A DNA stretch of 63,646 bases, counting the filler, from Reticulomyxa filosa (lineage: Eukaryota; Protista; Foraminifera): the NCBI GenBank assembly GCA_000512085.1. It is 18 parts of 18 records of this genome, joined end to end, with 100 filler letters (N's around TTAATTAATTAA, not from the genome) between each part and the next. Parts side by side here need not be neighbours in the genome. Positions count along the whole stretch, not along the records: positions 1 to 8,938 come from ASPP01003016.1; positions 9,039 to 15,244 come from ASPP01009772.1; 16 more parts are not named here. One strand, written 5' to 3'. How positions within the stretch are numbered: the first letter of the stretch is position 1; every line of letters begins with the position of its first letter. A program made the translations under genes and the position numbers. The notes beneath the pieces are model-generated. The model ran no database searches. It had not been told where the DNA came from and was given only the letters and a program-made list of their open reading frames with translations. Of the stretch, positions 1-13,906 are shown in pieces.

Positions 1-559
1 TTAATTCTGTCCAATTTTCATCTGATGGTAACAAAATTGTATCTGGTTCAAGGGATAACACCGTTCTATTGTGGGATGTATCATCTGGAAAACAAATTCA
101 ATCTTTAGAAGGTCATTCATATAGTGTTTATTCTGTTCAATTTTCACCTGATGGTAACAGAATTGTATCTGGTTCAAGTGATAAAACCATTCGATTGTGG
201 GATGCATTATCTGGAAAACAAATTCAATCTTTAGAAGGTCATTCAGATCGTGTTACTTCTGTCCAATTTTCACCTGATGGTAACAGAGTTATATCTGGTT
301 CAGATGATAACACCATTCGTTTGCACGGTTTGCTTCCGCTCGTGTTGCAGGCATGTCTGATGTTTGGAATAATTATTTTTCTGCGGATGACAGAAAATGT
401 TTATCAGATTTGCAAGATAAAAAGTCTTTATGGAAATGCATTTGGCAAGGTGGTGTTCAAAGTATTGGTTTGTCATTGAAGGGTAGTACTTGGAAAGATG
501 CAAAAGGTGTAACTCTTTTGCAGATGTCAGTTGTTGAGCAACATGGTGGAATATTTTGA
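1..559 (+). CDS. WD40-repeat protein, 3' part (5' truncated; frame break near 325-355)
   Basis: Tandem 42-aa repeats LEGHS..V.SVQFSPDGNRIVSGS.DKTIRLWD. The C-terminal tail WKCIWQ..LSLKGSTWKD..G.TLLQ is in a second frame (353-559). Confidence 0.9.
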
Positions 560-1739
560 TTTTTTTTTTCATGTGAAAAATGGTTATTTTGGACTTTTTT
601 TCGCTTAAGTATTAATTTTTTGCTTGTATATTTGATTTGAAATGACCACATTGATACCAGTGGAAAATTTTTCATCATACGTAAGACGGACGACAGCTTT
701 GTTTTATTTCTATGCTATTCAATTGGTAATTCTGTCACTTTTTTAAAGCTAACTATAAACTATAAACGGTTAGAAAAATAAAAAATATTATTTTTTATAT
801 TTTGCTTTCATTTTTGACTTATAAATTGCTGTGCATAAATGCTGCGTCATACGCAAGCATTCTGCATTGAATTGTGTATAGCAAACTGGTAATCGATTTA
901 GTTGAATTGATCAAACTAGTTAATATGATTCAAACACACGTTTGCAATTCTACAACATCGTTTATTTACGCTTTTTTATATTTTTGCATGTTCATCCATG
1001 CCGTCAACACTTCTGATGCAACTTTTTTGAAATACAATACCAAAATAACTGCTACATCTGACAATTCTTTGATTTTTCGCAAACGTTGGTCAATAATTAT
1101 AATATTACCTTGGTAGTTTTTAAATGTGGGTTTTTCGTTCCATCCGATATCTTACCTTGTCTTTGGTGGATTCACTCAATCCTACAAAACCTTGGTGCTG
1201 CTTTTTCAAACATTTTTTTTAAAGAGTTTAATTCAGGCGGCGCCCATTAAAACAAACTTTTTCTTTTTCGCTTTTTCCTCTTTTTTTTATTTTTTAATAT
1301 GCCACATGACCTAAAGTTTATTAATTTGTTTACACTCGAGACATATTGCCTTTCATTTTTTGACGTTGTTATAATACTATAATAAAAGTCAGATTGTTTG
1401 AAAAATAATGCAAATAAGTAAATTATTATCGATTATTTCATTATCATTAAAACTGTATTGGATATGACAATTGAATGAGAACAAGTTAATTTTTTTTATG
1501 TTTATCAGCAGTTATGCTTTGTCTATTTTTTTAACAAGCATATACACCAATAACAAGTTTTCTCGAACAATGCATTTATTAATATTTTCAATTATGTCGT
1601 TCCTGGACCGTTTGTGCCGACAGCGGCGAGGTGTCGGACTTAGCACATTTTTTTATGTGAATGTTCTTGCCGCTGACCTATTTGCATCAATTTTCTTTTG
1701 CTAGTTTGTTCGATACGATTTATCTCGGCGGCAGTGGAA

Positions 1740-3930
1740 TATTGGTTTGATATCAACCGCATCTTCAAAATTTTTATTTGGTACTTTAAAAAAAGATGAT
1801 GAAGTTTGTCATTGGATGGCGTGAAATCTTTTTAACATTTTTGACTTCAGTCAATCGCTTGAAAATACTTTCAACGACATCAATCACACTTTTTTTGTCA
1901 CTATCATTATCTTTATTTGATGATGAAGCACTTTCAATAAAATTCAAAGAGTTGAGTTGGTTTTGAACAAAGATTGAATAATTTTATAAATAATTATCCA
2001 TCAAATCCAAAGTATTTGTGGCCTTTTGTTTCAGAGAAAGCACTATCTTATTCTACGTTTGTTGCAATATCAAATTTTTGTTTTACAGCATTCATCAAAT
2101 TGCTGCTGCCATCTTCTTGACGTTCGTCAATTGACTCACACGTTCATACAACCGATTGTGATCGATTGACATATATTGTTAGTCGAGGGAGTCAATTATT
2201 GTGTCAATGTCTTTTTGTACATCATAACAAAACCAGATATCTTGTCGATAATTTGACAGTATTTGCTCGCTGTTCTTTGTTTTATTACTCCTATGATCTG
2301 GAGTCCATCCATCACCAAAATAAACTTTTTGATTTCATCAAATGCTTGATATCTTTGCTTTTCAAACAGGTATGAAATTTTTTGTCTAACTTTTTCGAAA
2401 TATCCAATAATTTGATTTACAAACGACTTGTCAAGTCTAACATGTTCATAAGGCAATTCAAATGCATTCGCCGCTTTCTCCAAAAGAGAATCACTGTCTT
2501 TTTCAAAATATCGACATTATTTCTGTCGAATTTTCAATTCAAACATTAACCACCCTTTTCTCCTTCCCTTTGATTTTTCAATACAGCTTGTTCCTCACCT
2601 GCAACATTATTGAGTTGAGTCAATAATCTACGTTCCAAACCTTTGATTTTTTTATTTATTTATTTTTTTTTGATATTCATGAAAGAGCGAACATGTTCTT
2701 GAAAAATCAAAATCTTTCCAATTTTTTTAAAATTACTTTCGAAACTCCGCAAGTTTATTTTTTTTAATGCATTCCCTTGCTTCATCCACACAATGTACCA
2801 CTCTTTTGACAAGCTTGGTCATAAGAACCACGAAAGTCAGGGAAACGGTCTTGCACTGTGAAACTTTTTTAAAAATGACTTTGTACTGTACTTTCGTTTC
2901 CTTCTGTTTGATCTTCAATTGCATTAATTAAATGTCTCATTTGTTCGTTGACATTTTGAATGAAAGAATCACTACAGATTGCTTCTTTCAAATGACTTTG
3001 TAATTCATTTGCAGACACAAGTTCTTTTATGACTTTTTGATAAGCCAACAACACCATCTTTGCTTAAATGTGGAGATGCAATTTGTTTATTGAATATTGA
3101 TTTGGTATCTTCACATTTTTTTTTTATTCCATTCATTAGTTAACTTTTTCACACAATCATCATATTCATTTTCAATTCGTTGAAAGTTTCAAGACATCAT
3201 TTAATGCTGTGAGTTCATTCAACTTTGTTTTATTGCAAGGTTCGTAATCTCCATTTTGATAAGCCAGGCCAAATTTTTTCTTTGTATTTCTGCACTTGCA
3301 TATAGACCGCTGCTTTGGAGCTTTCGGAAGCAAAGGGTTGGAGGACCTCTCCTGAATCTTTAATGGAAATCCTTTATATCAACAAGTTCTTCCAACAGCT
3401 CTTCTGTTTTTTTTTTTTAACGATATCTGTCAAATGACTTTGGATCTTTGATCGGATCATCTTTGGTGCTCTTTTGAGTCTCTTTGGCATACGCATTCAT
3501 GTATTGCTTTCGATCTTCAGGCATTTTGGTAAACACATACGAACATGTACTAACATAATTTTCGATTGATAGAATAATTGACACTATGATACGAGCCACC
3601 ATTCATTCGATAGCCCAAGGTAGTGTAACTAACCAACACCACAAGGTTTGACACTTTTACAATTTTGTAATGCTGGAATGATTCCCAATTCCATTGGTAA
3701 CATCTGCTTCAGCTTCAGGACCATCTGTGTCTTCAAACCCAGGAGTGCAAATTGATGGGAATAAATTTAATATATCGTAAACGTCCTTTTTGCTCTTCCT
3801 TATTTTTCCATGAAACAAACATATATCTCATTCGCTCTAAAAACTGTCGCAATGTTTGAATAAGGCCTTTGTCTGAAGATTTGGAAAACGCATTACTCAA
3901 ATCTTGACTTACTTCTTTCACTCACGCGCA
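1740..3930 (-). pseudogene. Decayed large P-loop GTPase gene (AIG1/GIMAP-like G domain plus helical C-terminus)
   Basis: Minus strand at about 3530-3790 reads, across frameshifts, RYIKFIPIN / TPGFEDTDGPEAEADVTNGIG / IPALQNCKSVKP / VVLVSY / CSYVFTK (G3- and G4-like motifs). Many short helical ORF fragments follow, broken by stops and frameshifts. Confidence 0.55.
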
Positions 3931-5639
3931 AATCTGCCGCCAAATGTAATGTCATTATTATTGCTATTGTTATTATTAGTATTATTGTTGCTACTGTTGA
4001 TGTCGTCCAACTTTTTCTTCATGACCAATTTGGCATTGCCAAAGATCAACTGCAAGCTAATCAAATTATGAGACTTGATGAGCGAGTCAAAATATCGACT
4101 GGTCAACAGCGGTAACGGGGTGATGTTCAAGCATCCTTCCACACGATCAATCAATATGCCGATGCGCTCAATTGAATCCATGAAAAAACATCGATAATCC
4201 AATGGTCAAACACTCAACCACTTCCGTGTGTGTGTGCTTCGTCTTCTAGCAATTTGAGCCTTGACTGACTGGGCCGATCAAACACTAGTCGGTTCGACAG
4301 CTTCGTATAGCGTTCGCGGAGTGTCAATGATTTCTCCAACTCCATTTCCTACTCGCTCATTTGGCGTTTGTTAAATCTGCACGACGTAGGGTCCGCATTG
4401 CATGTCACTAAGTAGCGTAATGTTGGTTCGCAGCGCTCGAAGGACAGTCAGTAAAGCTAGCATTCAAACCAGGTCCTTTTTCGAAGGCATATCACACTTC
4501 TTTCTGCTCCGTCCACTCATCTACGTAAACATTCTTTTGTCAATATCTCCGACATGCCGATTGCGATTCTCCAACGCTGAGACTCCGACAAGGCGATCAA
4601 CAGCTGTTCCTCCACGGCGACTGCAACTATTCGACGCGGTAATTCAGGTAGACAATACTGGCGTGGTATACAATCCCGCTGTTGAATCGAATAGACTGGT
4701 GCTGACATCATCACCAAAATGCAGTATATTTCGACATTGAAATGCTTTTGTTTCATTCCAGTTATTAATAGTTATAAGTTTGTCAATTTCCTTTTTTTTT
4801 TTGTTTCATAACAGTATACACACATTAATTTGTGTACATCAATCAAAATGCAACTTATAGTATATATATATGTGCATAATAAAGAATATTCGAATTTGAT
4901 TGCTAACTGTATCTTCTTGCTTGGAAATAGCCAGGAATCACTTGCAAAAATTGCCAACAAACAATTTGCTGTCGTCCACTTGAGCGATATCGGTTGGGGC
5001 AGTGAGAAATGGAGTTTCGAAATCTTTGGAGGGTTCTTTCTCTTGTTGGAACTGTCTTCAAACGAATGTGACAAAAGGGCGTTATCGTCAGTTTTGCTTT
5101 TGTTTTCGAGTTGGGTGACAATACCACTAATGGAAAATGATTATCTTTGGATGCTTTTAAAATGGGTTGAATACAAGATGAACGCTGCAAAATGACAAAA
5201 GATATTTTTCGAGCTTCGGATTGATCTTCAATTTCATCTTGTTGTGGCCACTACAAACTTAGTCCAATGTCCGAGATGAATTATCGGCTGCATTTGTGTT
5301 GATCAATATCATCGTGAAACTCGGCAATGACTGTGAAGCGTTGCACGTTGAACATATGCCCATGTCGCTCGAATTCCCTTTGAGATCTACCTGACCCGCG
5401 TAAACGTTTGAACCTTTTCCATTCGTCGCGAATCTCTATTTCTGCACTTTTTTTTCGCTATTTTTTTGCAGGAGCAACTATCGCCAAAGATTTTGGGGCT
5501 TCTCCTTTCTCTCGTTCTTCGCTTGTTTCCTTTTTATTTTCAATACAATGTATACGTATATACATGTACATAAGTAAGTATAAATATATGTTTGTATACT
5601 TGTACCAATCACTGTGCAGCTAATTCCACTTTACAATCG

Positions 5640-6080
5640 ACAATTTTTTGGAGCAGTTCCACGACAAAAAAAACACAAAATTATTTAAAATTATTTGTTT
5701 GATTATTTTTCTTTTTATTTTATTCTTTTTTATCATTCATTTTCTTTCTTTTTATTTCTTTTCTTTTTTCTTTTTTAATTCTTTCTTTCTTTTTTTCCAC
5801 ATTTTTCTACTTTTTTCTCTTTTTTTTCTTTATTTTTTTCTAACTTTTCCAATTCTTTTTTTTTACAAATTGTTCCATAAACTTTTTTTTTCCCCCTTTT
5901 CTTATCAAGTTATCCAATCCATTTTCCTCCTTTTTTTTCAATTCAATCCTTTTTCTTTTTCCCCCTTTTTTTATTAATTTCCAATAATTTTTTTCCCAAC
6001 TGTTATTGTTTTTAAATTTTTTCTTATTCCTCTTTTTCCAATTTCCCTTTCTCCAATAAACTTTTTTATATAAAAAAAAT
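5640..6080. repeat. T/C-rich low-complexity tract
   Basis: Almost no G, made of runs of T. The F/L-rich ORF 5648-5977 is a by-product. Confidence 0.85.
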
Positions 6081-7835
6081 ACACAAACTATTTGCTGGAA
6101 TTGGCTGTCCGCTCATGAACATCTATACAATAACAAACAAAGTTATGTTCGTTACTTTTCAAATGACAAAAAAAAATAAACATACCTTACTGTTGTTGGA
6201 TTGCTAACATCAAATTTTTTTTCTATAAAAAACTAACACAAACTTTTTTTTACATTTTTTTTGGGAGGGGATATAAATAAAAATAAAAATATAAACAAAG
6301 TTTTGGTACAACGGGGGAGGGAGAAAGCCTATAACATAACAAACAGTAATATTATAATAAAAGAAAAAATATACTTACATGTAAAACATACTTTTATTTT
6401 TTATTTTGAACACGGGGTGCCTACAACCTCGACTTTATCGTTTTTTTGATGAGTGGTATGTATACATAAAAAAAATTCCATATATTGACGAATATCTATG
6501 TCAGTGGAAACACACAATTACATTAATATATGAAAAAAAAAGTATATATACTACAACAAAACTTTTTTTTAACAATTTTTTTTTTGAATGGAAATTTCTA
6601 TCTAATGACAACACAATCACATATGTATAAGAAAAGAAAAACGAAACATAAATAAAGCAAACCTTTTTTATAATTGAATGCAAATTATATTGTCAGCTCC
6701 ACGTTTTTTTTTGGATAGATATTGTCTTTGTTGATTTCCCCAGTTTGTCTCCAGTTCATGCGCAGCCACATTTTGTCAATTGTGCGATGATTAAGTTTTT
6801 GTCTAGCGCATTGGAACCAACGGACTAATTTGAAGTATCTCATAACTAACATTATTTGTAGTAACAGTTGGAATAATAACAGCCAATGATGATCGGATAT
6901 TGCAGCAATAGTAGTAGTTGTAGATGTTTTGTGGAGACTTCGTATCCTTGCTGATTCAAAACTAAATTTTTCACTGATCATTGTAGTGATCGTGATAAGA
7001 TTATCAGTTTCGGAGCCTGCCATTACTTCAATATCAGTCTATGTCTTTGTGTCATTGGCTATATAATCTCCATTGGTCTTCTCTTTATCGTCATCATGTT
7101 TGTTTTCGACTGCATTATCCAAAAGCGAGTGTTGCGATAAATTTGTGATAATAAATCGCGAGTTAGCATTGGCTCGTCGTTGAATGGCGGAATATTCAAC
7201 GTAGTCTCCAGTCAACAATTGCGACAATGTCTTGTCATTTGTGTGTTTCTGGCCTATGTCAAACTCCTGCTGGACATCGCCATATCCATTTCGCTCCTTA
7301 GCACCGATCTGTGTGTCGATATATCTGCTTTGTATCCGACACATCACACTTGTTTGCAAAATTTACAAAACCTGGTTGCAATTGCAAAAAAAACAACTCA
7401 ATATCCTTTTTCTTCTGTTAAACAAAAAACTCAAAACTTTCATGCAGAATATTCAAAGCGATCCAAAGCAATTTGGAAAATTGTTTCTGCAGCCGAAAAC
7501 GAAGTATTATCTCGGTTTTGCTGCTTGTGATCTCGGATGGCATAAAATTCAAACTAATTTGCAATATTTTTTGCCTCCTTTTCATCATTATGAAAAGTAG
7601 CATGGAAGACTGCGCCAAAATGAGTTTAACTAATTTGATTTGTTGATATACAGTTGAGTGAAGAAACAAAAAAATTAGACGACAAATACTGTATCATTTG
7701 GAAATCATTTAAGTTTTCAAAAATAATATAATTTTGAATTCCAAAAGCATTGTACTCAATACTCAATATTTACAAATATTTATTTACTTCTAAAAAAAAA
7801 AATCACTTCTTTCTCCAATGAAAAAAAAAAGCAAA

Positions 7836-8938
7836 TCAAAAAGTCCCACCATATGTTTCAACAGATGACTTTTGCAATAAGGTTAAGCCTTGTGAATCTT
7901 TCCATGTGCTGCCCTTCAACGACAAAATGCTACCAGCTTGCCAAATGCACTTCCACGATCTTGCATTGTTAGGATTTGTCAGAGATGATTTATCATCTGA
8001 TAAAATAGGACTTGCATCAGATAAAACCCACAATCGAATAGTATGGTCATCAGAACCTGATACAATTTTGGTACAGTCCGGAGACAAATGAACACAGCTA
8101 ACTACATCTGAATGACCCTCTAAACATTGAAGTTGTTTGCCAGATATTATATCTCGAAAATGAATAGTTTTATCTTCGGAGCCACCTACAATTGTGGTGC
8201 CATCAGGCCAGAATTGAACAGATGCCGATCTCTCTAAATGGTCCTGGAAAAATTGAATCTGTTTTCCAGAGAATAAATCCCATATCCGAATCCCGCGCTC
8301 TGAACTAGATATAATTCTTGTACCATCAGATGAAAATTGAATAGTATAAGCATTATCTGAATGAAGTTGTAAACATTGAAGTTGTTGTCCAGATGATGCA
8401 TCCCAGATTCGAATGGTATTGTCAAGTGAACTAGATATAATTTTGGCACCATCAGGTGAAAATTGGACAGTAAAAATACGATTTGAATGACCTTGTAAAC
8501 ATTGAAGTTGTTGTCCAGACGATACATCCCACAGCCGTATAGTCTTATCTTTGGAGCCAGATACAATCCTGGAATCATCTGGAGAGAATTGGGCAGAGCA
8601 AATGGCTTCTAAATGACCTTCAAAAATCCAAAGTTGTTTACCAGAGGAGATATCCAACAATTGTATGATTTTATCTTGTACAATCAATACAAGCTTACTT
8701 TCATATGAAAATCGAGCACAGTCAGCATATTGAAAATAAAGAATTTGTTTACCAGATAACACATCCCATATTATTATGGTGTCAGACGAACTTGATAAAA
8801 TTTTAGTACTGTCAGATGAGAAGCAAAGAGAATTAATAAAAGCCTGGCGTCCTTCTAAAATGTGAAGCTGTTTACCAGATGATACATCCCAGATTCGAAT
8901 GGTATTGCTTGTTGAACTCGCAACTTTAGTGCCATCAG
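7836..8938 (-). CDS. WD40-repeat protein, 5' truncated by spacer; paralogue of the gene at 1-559
   Basis: About 7 repeats of GH..V....FSPDG..IVSGS.D.TIRLWD and the same WKCIWQ..LSLKGSTWKD..GLTLLQ.S.VE..GG.F tail. Confidence 0.93.
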
Positions 8939-9038
8939 NNNNNNNNNNNNNNNNNNNNNNNNNNNNNNNNNNNNNNNNNNNNTTAATTAATTAANNNNNN
9001 NNNNNNNNNNNNNNNNNNNNNNNNNNNNNNNNNNNNNN
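8939..9038. other. Artificial contig-joining spacer N44-TTAATTAATTAA-N44 (first of 17; others start at 15245, 16719, 19069, 22306, 35580, 38013, 39551, 41244, 46999, 48927, 50406, 55492, 57336, 59335, 60476, 62401)
   Basis: Identical 100-nt structure each time, with stop codons in all six frames. Composition and gene content change abruptly across the spacers. Confidence 0.99.
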
Positions 9039-12000
9039 AATATAACACTACTGTAAATATCGGGATAGAGTGGTCCACATGTTCGGAGTTGGAAGAAAAG
9101 GCAGAGGCAGACGGCAATCGACAACCAGAGCTTCATGAATGCGTGATTACAATTTTGACCAGAGTACTGTCTTGCATCGAAACAACGATAGAAAACATGG
9201 ATCCTGAACAAATGAAAGCAAAGATGAATCAATTGGCTTCCATTTCAAAACCATTTGAACATCTCCTTCAATGGTGTCGTCTTGAGACCGACATCACTAC
9301 GGAAAGCTTGGAAGGCAAGTGGGCGAAATTGAAATTGTGGATGTTGTGTGTGATCGCAACGGACTATCATGTGCATATCCCTTGGGTGCATGCAATCAAA
9401 ACAAACTTTTGCTTTCATGAAACTGGATGCGTTGTGAGACTACTGGAACATATTCAAAACTATTGGAGAGGACAAAACGAGCACCGGGAACAATCGAATA
9501 ATATTTTGCAGTGGTTCCTTCAGAGATATGTGGAGGAATTTGGAACGCAAAGCGTTGCTTGTCATGACCCAATATATCATCAACAAAAGAGTAATTTGGT
9601 GGAAAATCTGATCAAAGTGCTAAGAAACAAAGAACTAATCTTTTGTATCGAACCAAACACGTTTACAAAAATGCATATCGCTTTACAGTTGATCACGAGC
9701 GCATGCAAAGTTTTGTTTAAATCTATCTTAATGACATTACAAATGCGTCATTTATTTGACTATTTCTATTTTTTTTAAAAAAAAAGGGCGATAATATAGA
9801 AGTACTGAAGAACAGTGTGGAAGGAATGGAAATTGATAGCGAATTTGCTGTGTTGCTTATGAGAGCTCAAGAACAATATTTGCATTTCGGCGAAAATCCA
9901 ACGTGGAAAAATCTGCATCAAGAAACAAAACTGAATATCGATGCATTTGTTACGGCGTCCAAAGCTTTATCTCAATCAGCTGAGACTGAGGATACACTGA
10001 ACATCCTGCTCAAAATTGCCGAATGTAAAATGTGGACTTATCATTTGTCTCATTACCTGAGCAAGACAATGGGATCCACGTTTCGCTATTCGAATAATGG
10101 CATCGAGGAAGGATGGGCTGTTGCAGAGGTATTACAACTTCGTCCTTATCTAAGCGCTTTGGAATGTAAACAGATCGGAACAATGTATGTATTGGATTCA
10201 TCGACTATGCGTCCGCGAGAAATGAAGATCCGACGTGGCTTGACATTTTATTTATTGACGGAACTGTGGAGGTTTGAATTTTTTATTTATTTCTGTCTCT
10301 GCATGTGTACATGACTTGCACATTTTGTGAGGATCAATCTTATTTGAAAAATCTTTGTTTATGTCGGAATTCAGACGATGTGGCTCACGTGCGATAAATC
10401 TATTGGCTTCGCAACAATTTGCAACTCTGTTTAAATTCTCACTGGAAGCGAACAAAGAGGATGCGTTGCTGCAAATGAACACGATCACCGAGGATCCATT
10501 TCGATTATTGGCAGATCACGAAGGTGAAAAAATATTCAAATTCGTCGACACACAATTTGGTGGTAGTTCCCTAATTGCATGTGATTGGTTTAAACGCAAG
10601 CATTTTGTATACATGGTGGCAGGTATCTATTTTCTGTTTGTTGTTTGATCCTTTTTTTTATTTGTGCAATACGTTTACATAGGCATTTTTAATGGGTGCT
10701 ATCTCAAAATGGGACGACAGTCCCGTGAAAATGTCTTGGAATTCATACACAAGATCCTTTATTCGAATACAAAAAGCGAAACGTCTGTTCGGAAGTGCAA
10801 CCGTCTCGCGACATTGCTATCTCAGCTGGCCAAGGACGAAAGCAAATTCAAAAGCTTCAAATACGAAAAGATAAGATCAAAGGTTACAAATCTCCACATC
10901 TATCGTCTCGCGTGGCATTGGGTGGGAGTCATCTCTTCGTTACCTCGGTCTCCGTGGAGAATTTTGCTCCATAATCCAAAGGCATACACAATTGCTACTT
11001 AATCGGTATGCCAACTGACGAAGCCACTTCGTTGCTGCACATGATGCCCGGATGCGGAGTGTGGCTGTGTCCGAATGACCACATGTATTTTGTCGACGAC
11101 TGCACTGCAACCCTCGAAGCGGCAAACTGCCCTACCTGTGGCGCATCCATTGGAAATAAAAGCGGAGCAGATCAACACGTCGCTGCTCCCGGAAATCGCA
11201 AGGTTGGCGTTGTCAGCAAAAACGGAAAAATCGATGTGGATAAATGGGGGGCGACTGAGGGATTTGTCCAATATCGAAAAGATCTCTTCGAACCCAAGGG
11301 CTATGTTATTGTCGATTATTCCCCGGAACATACATGTCGAATGTTGGATCAAACCTCACTTTGTATTGTTCGTCTGTTGGTTCACTTGACATTGTTGATG
11401 CATGCTTGCGATGAGGAACGTAGTGACGCTGTCAGGTTTAACTCATGTGTCTTTTTCGACATTACTTTTTTTTTGCTTATCGTCTTGACATAACTAATAT
11501 TTGTAATAATAAATTACGTCATTGTGTTTGTAAACAAGCTTCACGAGATTGGGAAAAAAAGACGACGAAGTAAGAGCAAAACTGTTCCAACTAATCCAAC
11601 GGGACTTATCAGTATGCTCCGTCAATATCGGAGGATCGTCAATTGAAAATACAATTTTGCTGATCCATGGCATCATTCATCGATTTTATGTAACGTATCC
11701 ACACGAGTCTCCTCAAACATACAATCAACTGTCATCCACACAGCGAGGCTTATTCGAAAACTATTTTATGAACAAATGCATTCGTCCAGTCATCGACAAC
11801 TATCAATTCAGCATTCGTGACATTCGAGCACTCGTCGCAACGGATCCTTGCTGCAGACATTGGGCAGAGCGCGTCGAAGAAAATATGAAACCGGGCAGTG
11901 ATACATTCAAGACTTTCGAAGAAATGTATCAACCCAGTTCCTTTTTACCATTTCGAATGACAACACTATCCGAATTCCGGAACTTTGTTCTGTCCAATCC

Positions 12001-13906
12001 CCAAAATGAACGGCAATATCCAGTGATATGGACCATATTGCACATGATTGATAGTCCTCAAGGCTATTCCATATTCGCACTGCAATACTTACCATTAATG
12101 ATTCAATGGATGAAATTGCTCCATTCCCACTTCAATCGTCAACTGCGCTTGGAAGAGGTCGAAGAGAGTGGACAATATACCATTGAATACGCATTAACAC
12201 AGCAAGAAAAAAACAAATGGAGAGACAAAGCTCTTTGGGAAAGAGCTTGGAGAGGATTTGCCATGGGATGGAACCATGTCACAAGTCGTATTCGAGTCAA
12301 ACCGCGCTCCGAGCAAAACCACTCTGTAAAACAGATGCAAGATGAAAGCAAATATGAGATAGAGGATAATGAAAACAAAAGTGATGCAAAAATTTCCGAC
12401 GACTTTGGAATGCACGAAATTGATACAGATTTACAAAAATATCGACATCAATTACGTATTCGTGACGCTGAAAATCAATGTCAAAATTTGCCATTTCCAC
12501 AATTTCTCGGCTCTGGAGACAATAATCAACTTGTTCCAAAAGATGTTCCTTTGTGGCCAGCATTGGTGTGTGACAACAATTACATGAGAACATCACGAAT
12601 GATCTGCTTATTATTGGATCATTTGGTTTGTGTCAATAACGATCTTTTGGGGGAATGCTGGAAGTTTAGATGCAACCACGCCGCACTCTCTTACAATTCA
12701 TATCTGTAAACTTGTGAACTGTGCATAACAAACACAAATAAAATAACAAAAGGTCGGCTGCAGTCGAAGCATCCACACAAAAACGGACCATTCTGCTGAG
12801 TCACGTTTTGAGAGAGAGAGATGTGATAAGCCTCAATGAAAAAGAGTTGGTTGAGTTAAGTCAATTGAATATGGATTCTTTTTTCTCTAAGGGCATATCC
12901 AAAGTTTAAAACAAAGTAAATAAGGGCAAAGTTTCACACAATATTTATAGACTGATTCAACAATCCATGCCTCAGAAATTGCAGTATGGAAAACATCCCG
13001 AACTCGCCTATAATTTGCCACTGCTGGAAGCTCGACTAAAAGAAAAAGTACTCGTCGGAAAATGTATTATTAAATTTGACTTGCACGAATTAATATTTGA
13101 ATTTCAGGAACAACATAATATCCGTCAAATAATAGCAAGCATTTCACACTACTACAAAAAATACACTGGGCAAAATGAAGAATATTTTAGACGTGATGAA
13201 AATCTTTTAAGAGAGTTGGAAGAAGCAATTTTACAAAAAGTTCCTCAAGGAATTGCCAGAGAGAGAAGTGATTTAAGTTTATCCAAGAGTGCCAAACAGT
13301 CGTTGGAAGAAGTACTTATTTCTTTACGTCGGCAAAACCCGTTACCTTCTCCCTCCTTGCTTATTGGAGATTGGATGGAGAAAACACTCCATTTACTCCA
13401 AACTGAATGTGATTTGTTCAAAGAGATGTCACAACTTCAACTAAGACATGCTGCTATGGCATGGGTTTACTTAGAAGAACGGTGCGTTAAACATAGTCCA
13501 AAACCTTGGTACGAAATTCCTGAAAAACTCATGAAAGCGTATCAGTTACTTTTTTTATTGTATTTTTTTGTTTAAAACAACGTAACATTTACAACTTTTG
13601 AACTATAGAAGGGAATTACCAAATATGCTATCTGAAGCCTTAATCAAGTTTGTAAACAGTGAAAATAAAACGGAAGTATGGGAAGTATTAATTCAATGGA
13701 AACAATTTTTAGAAAACATATTAAGTCGGCCTGTGTACGATTATGACCCAATGTCTCCACTCAAAGATTATTTGGTTAACGCAATTGCAACAGATAACTG
13801 TGCAAATTACGTGATGCAATTTCCACAAGAAATTTTGCTGGCCCATGCAGGAACTGCCTTTAATAAGGCTGCAAGTCTGTATCACTTTAAAAAGGATATT
13901 CTTTAA
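9039..13906 (+). CDS. RNF213: RNF213 (mysterin)-like E3 ligase, C-terminal part, multi-exon, 5' truncated
   Basis: RZ finger CPNDHMYFVDDC...CPTCGASIG (about 11068-11154), followed by IVRLLVHLTLL, YNLPLLEARLKEKVLVGK and terminal FPQEILLAHAGTAFNKAA, all matching my recollection of the RNF213 C-terminus. GT-AG introns (e.g. 9710-9786). One frameshift near 10990. Confidence 0.82.

Noticed and set aside
5648-5977. Phe/Leu-rich membrane protein ORF
   Set aside because: It is the translation of a T-rich low-complexity, probably low-quality, tract.
6685-7669. Fragmented minus-strand ORFs, possibly a TBC/RabGAP remnant
   Set aside because: No convincing motif could be assembled.
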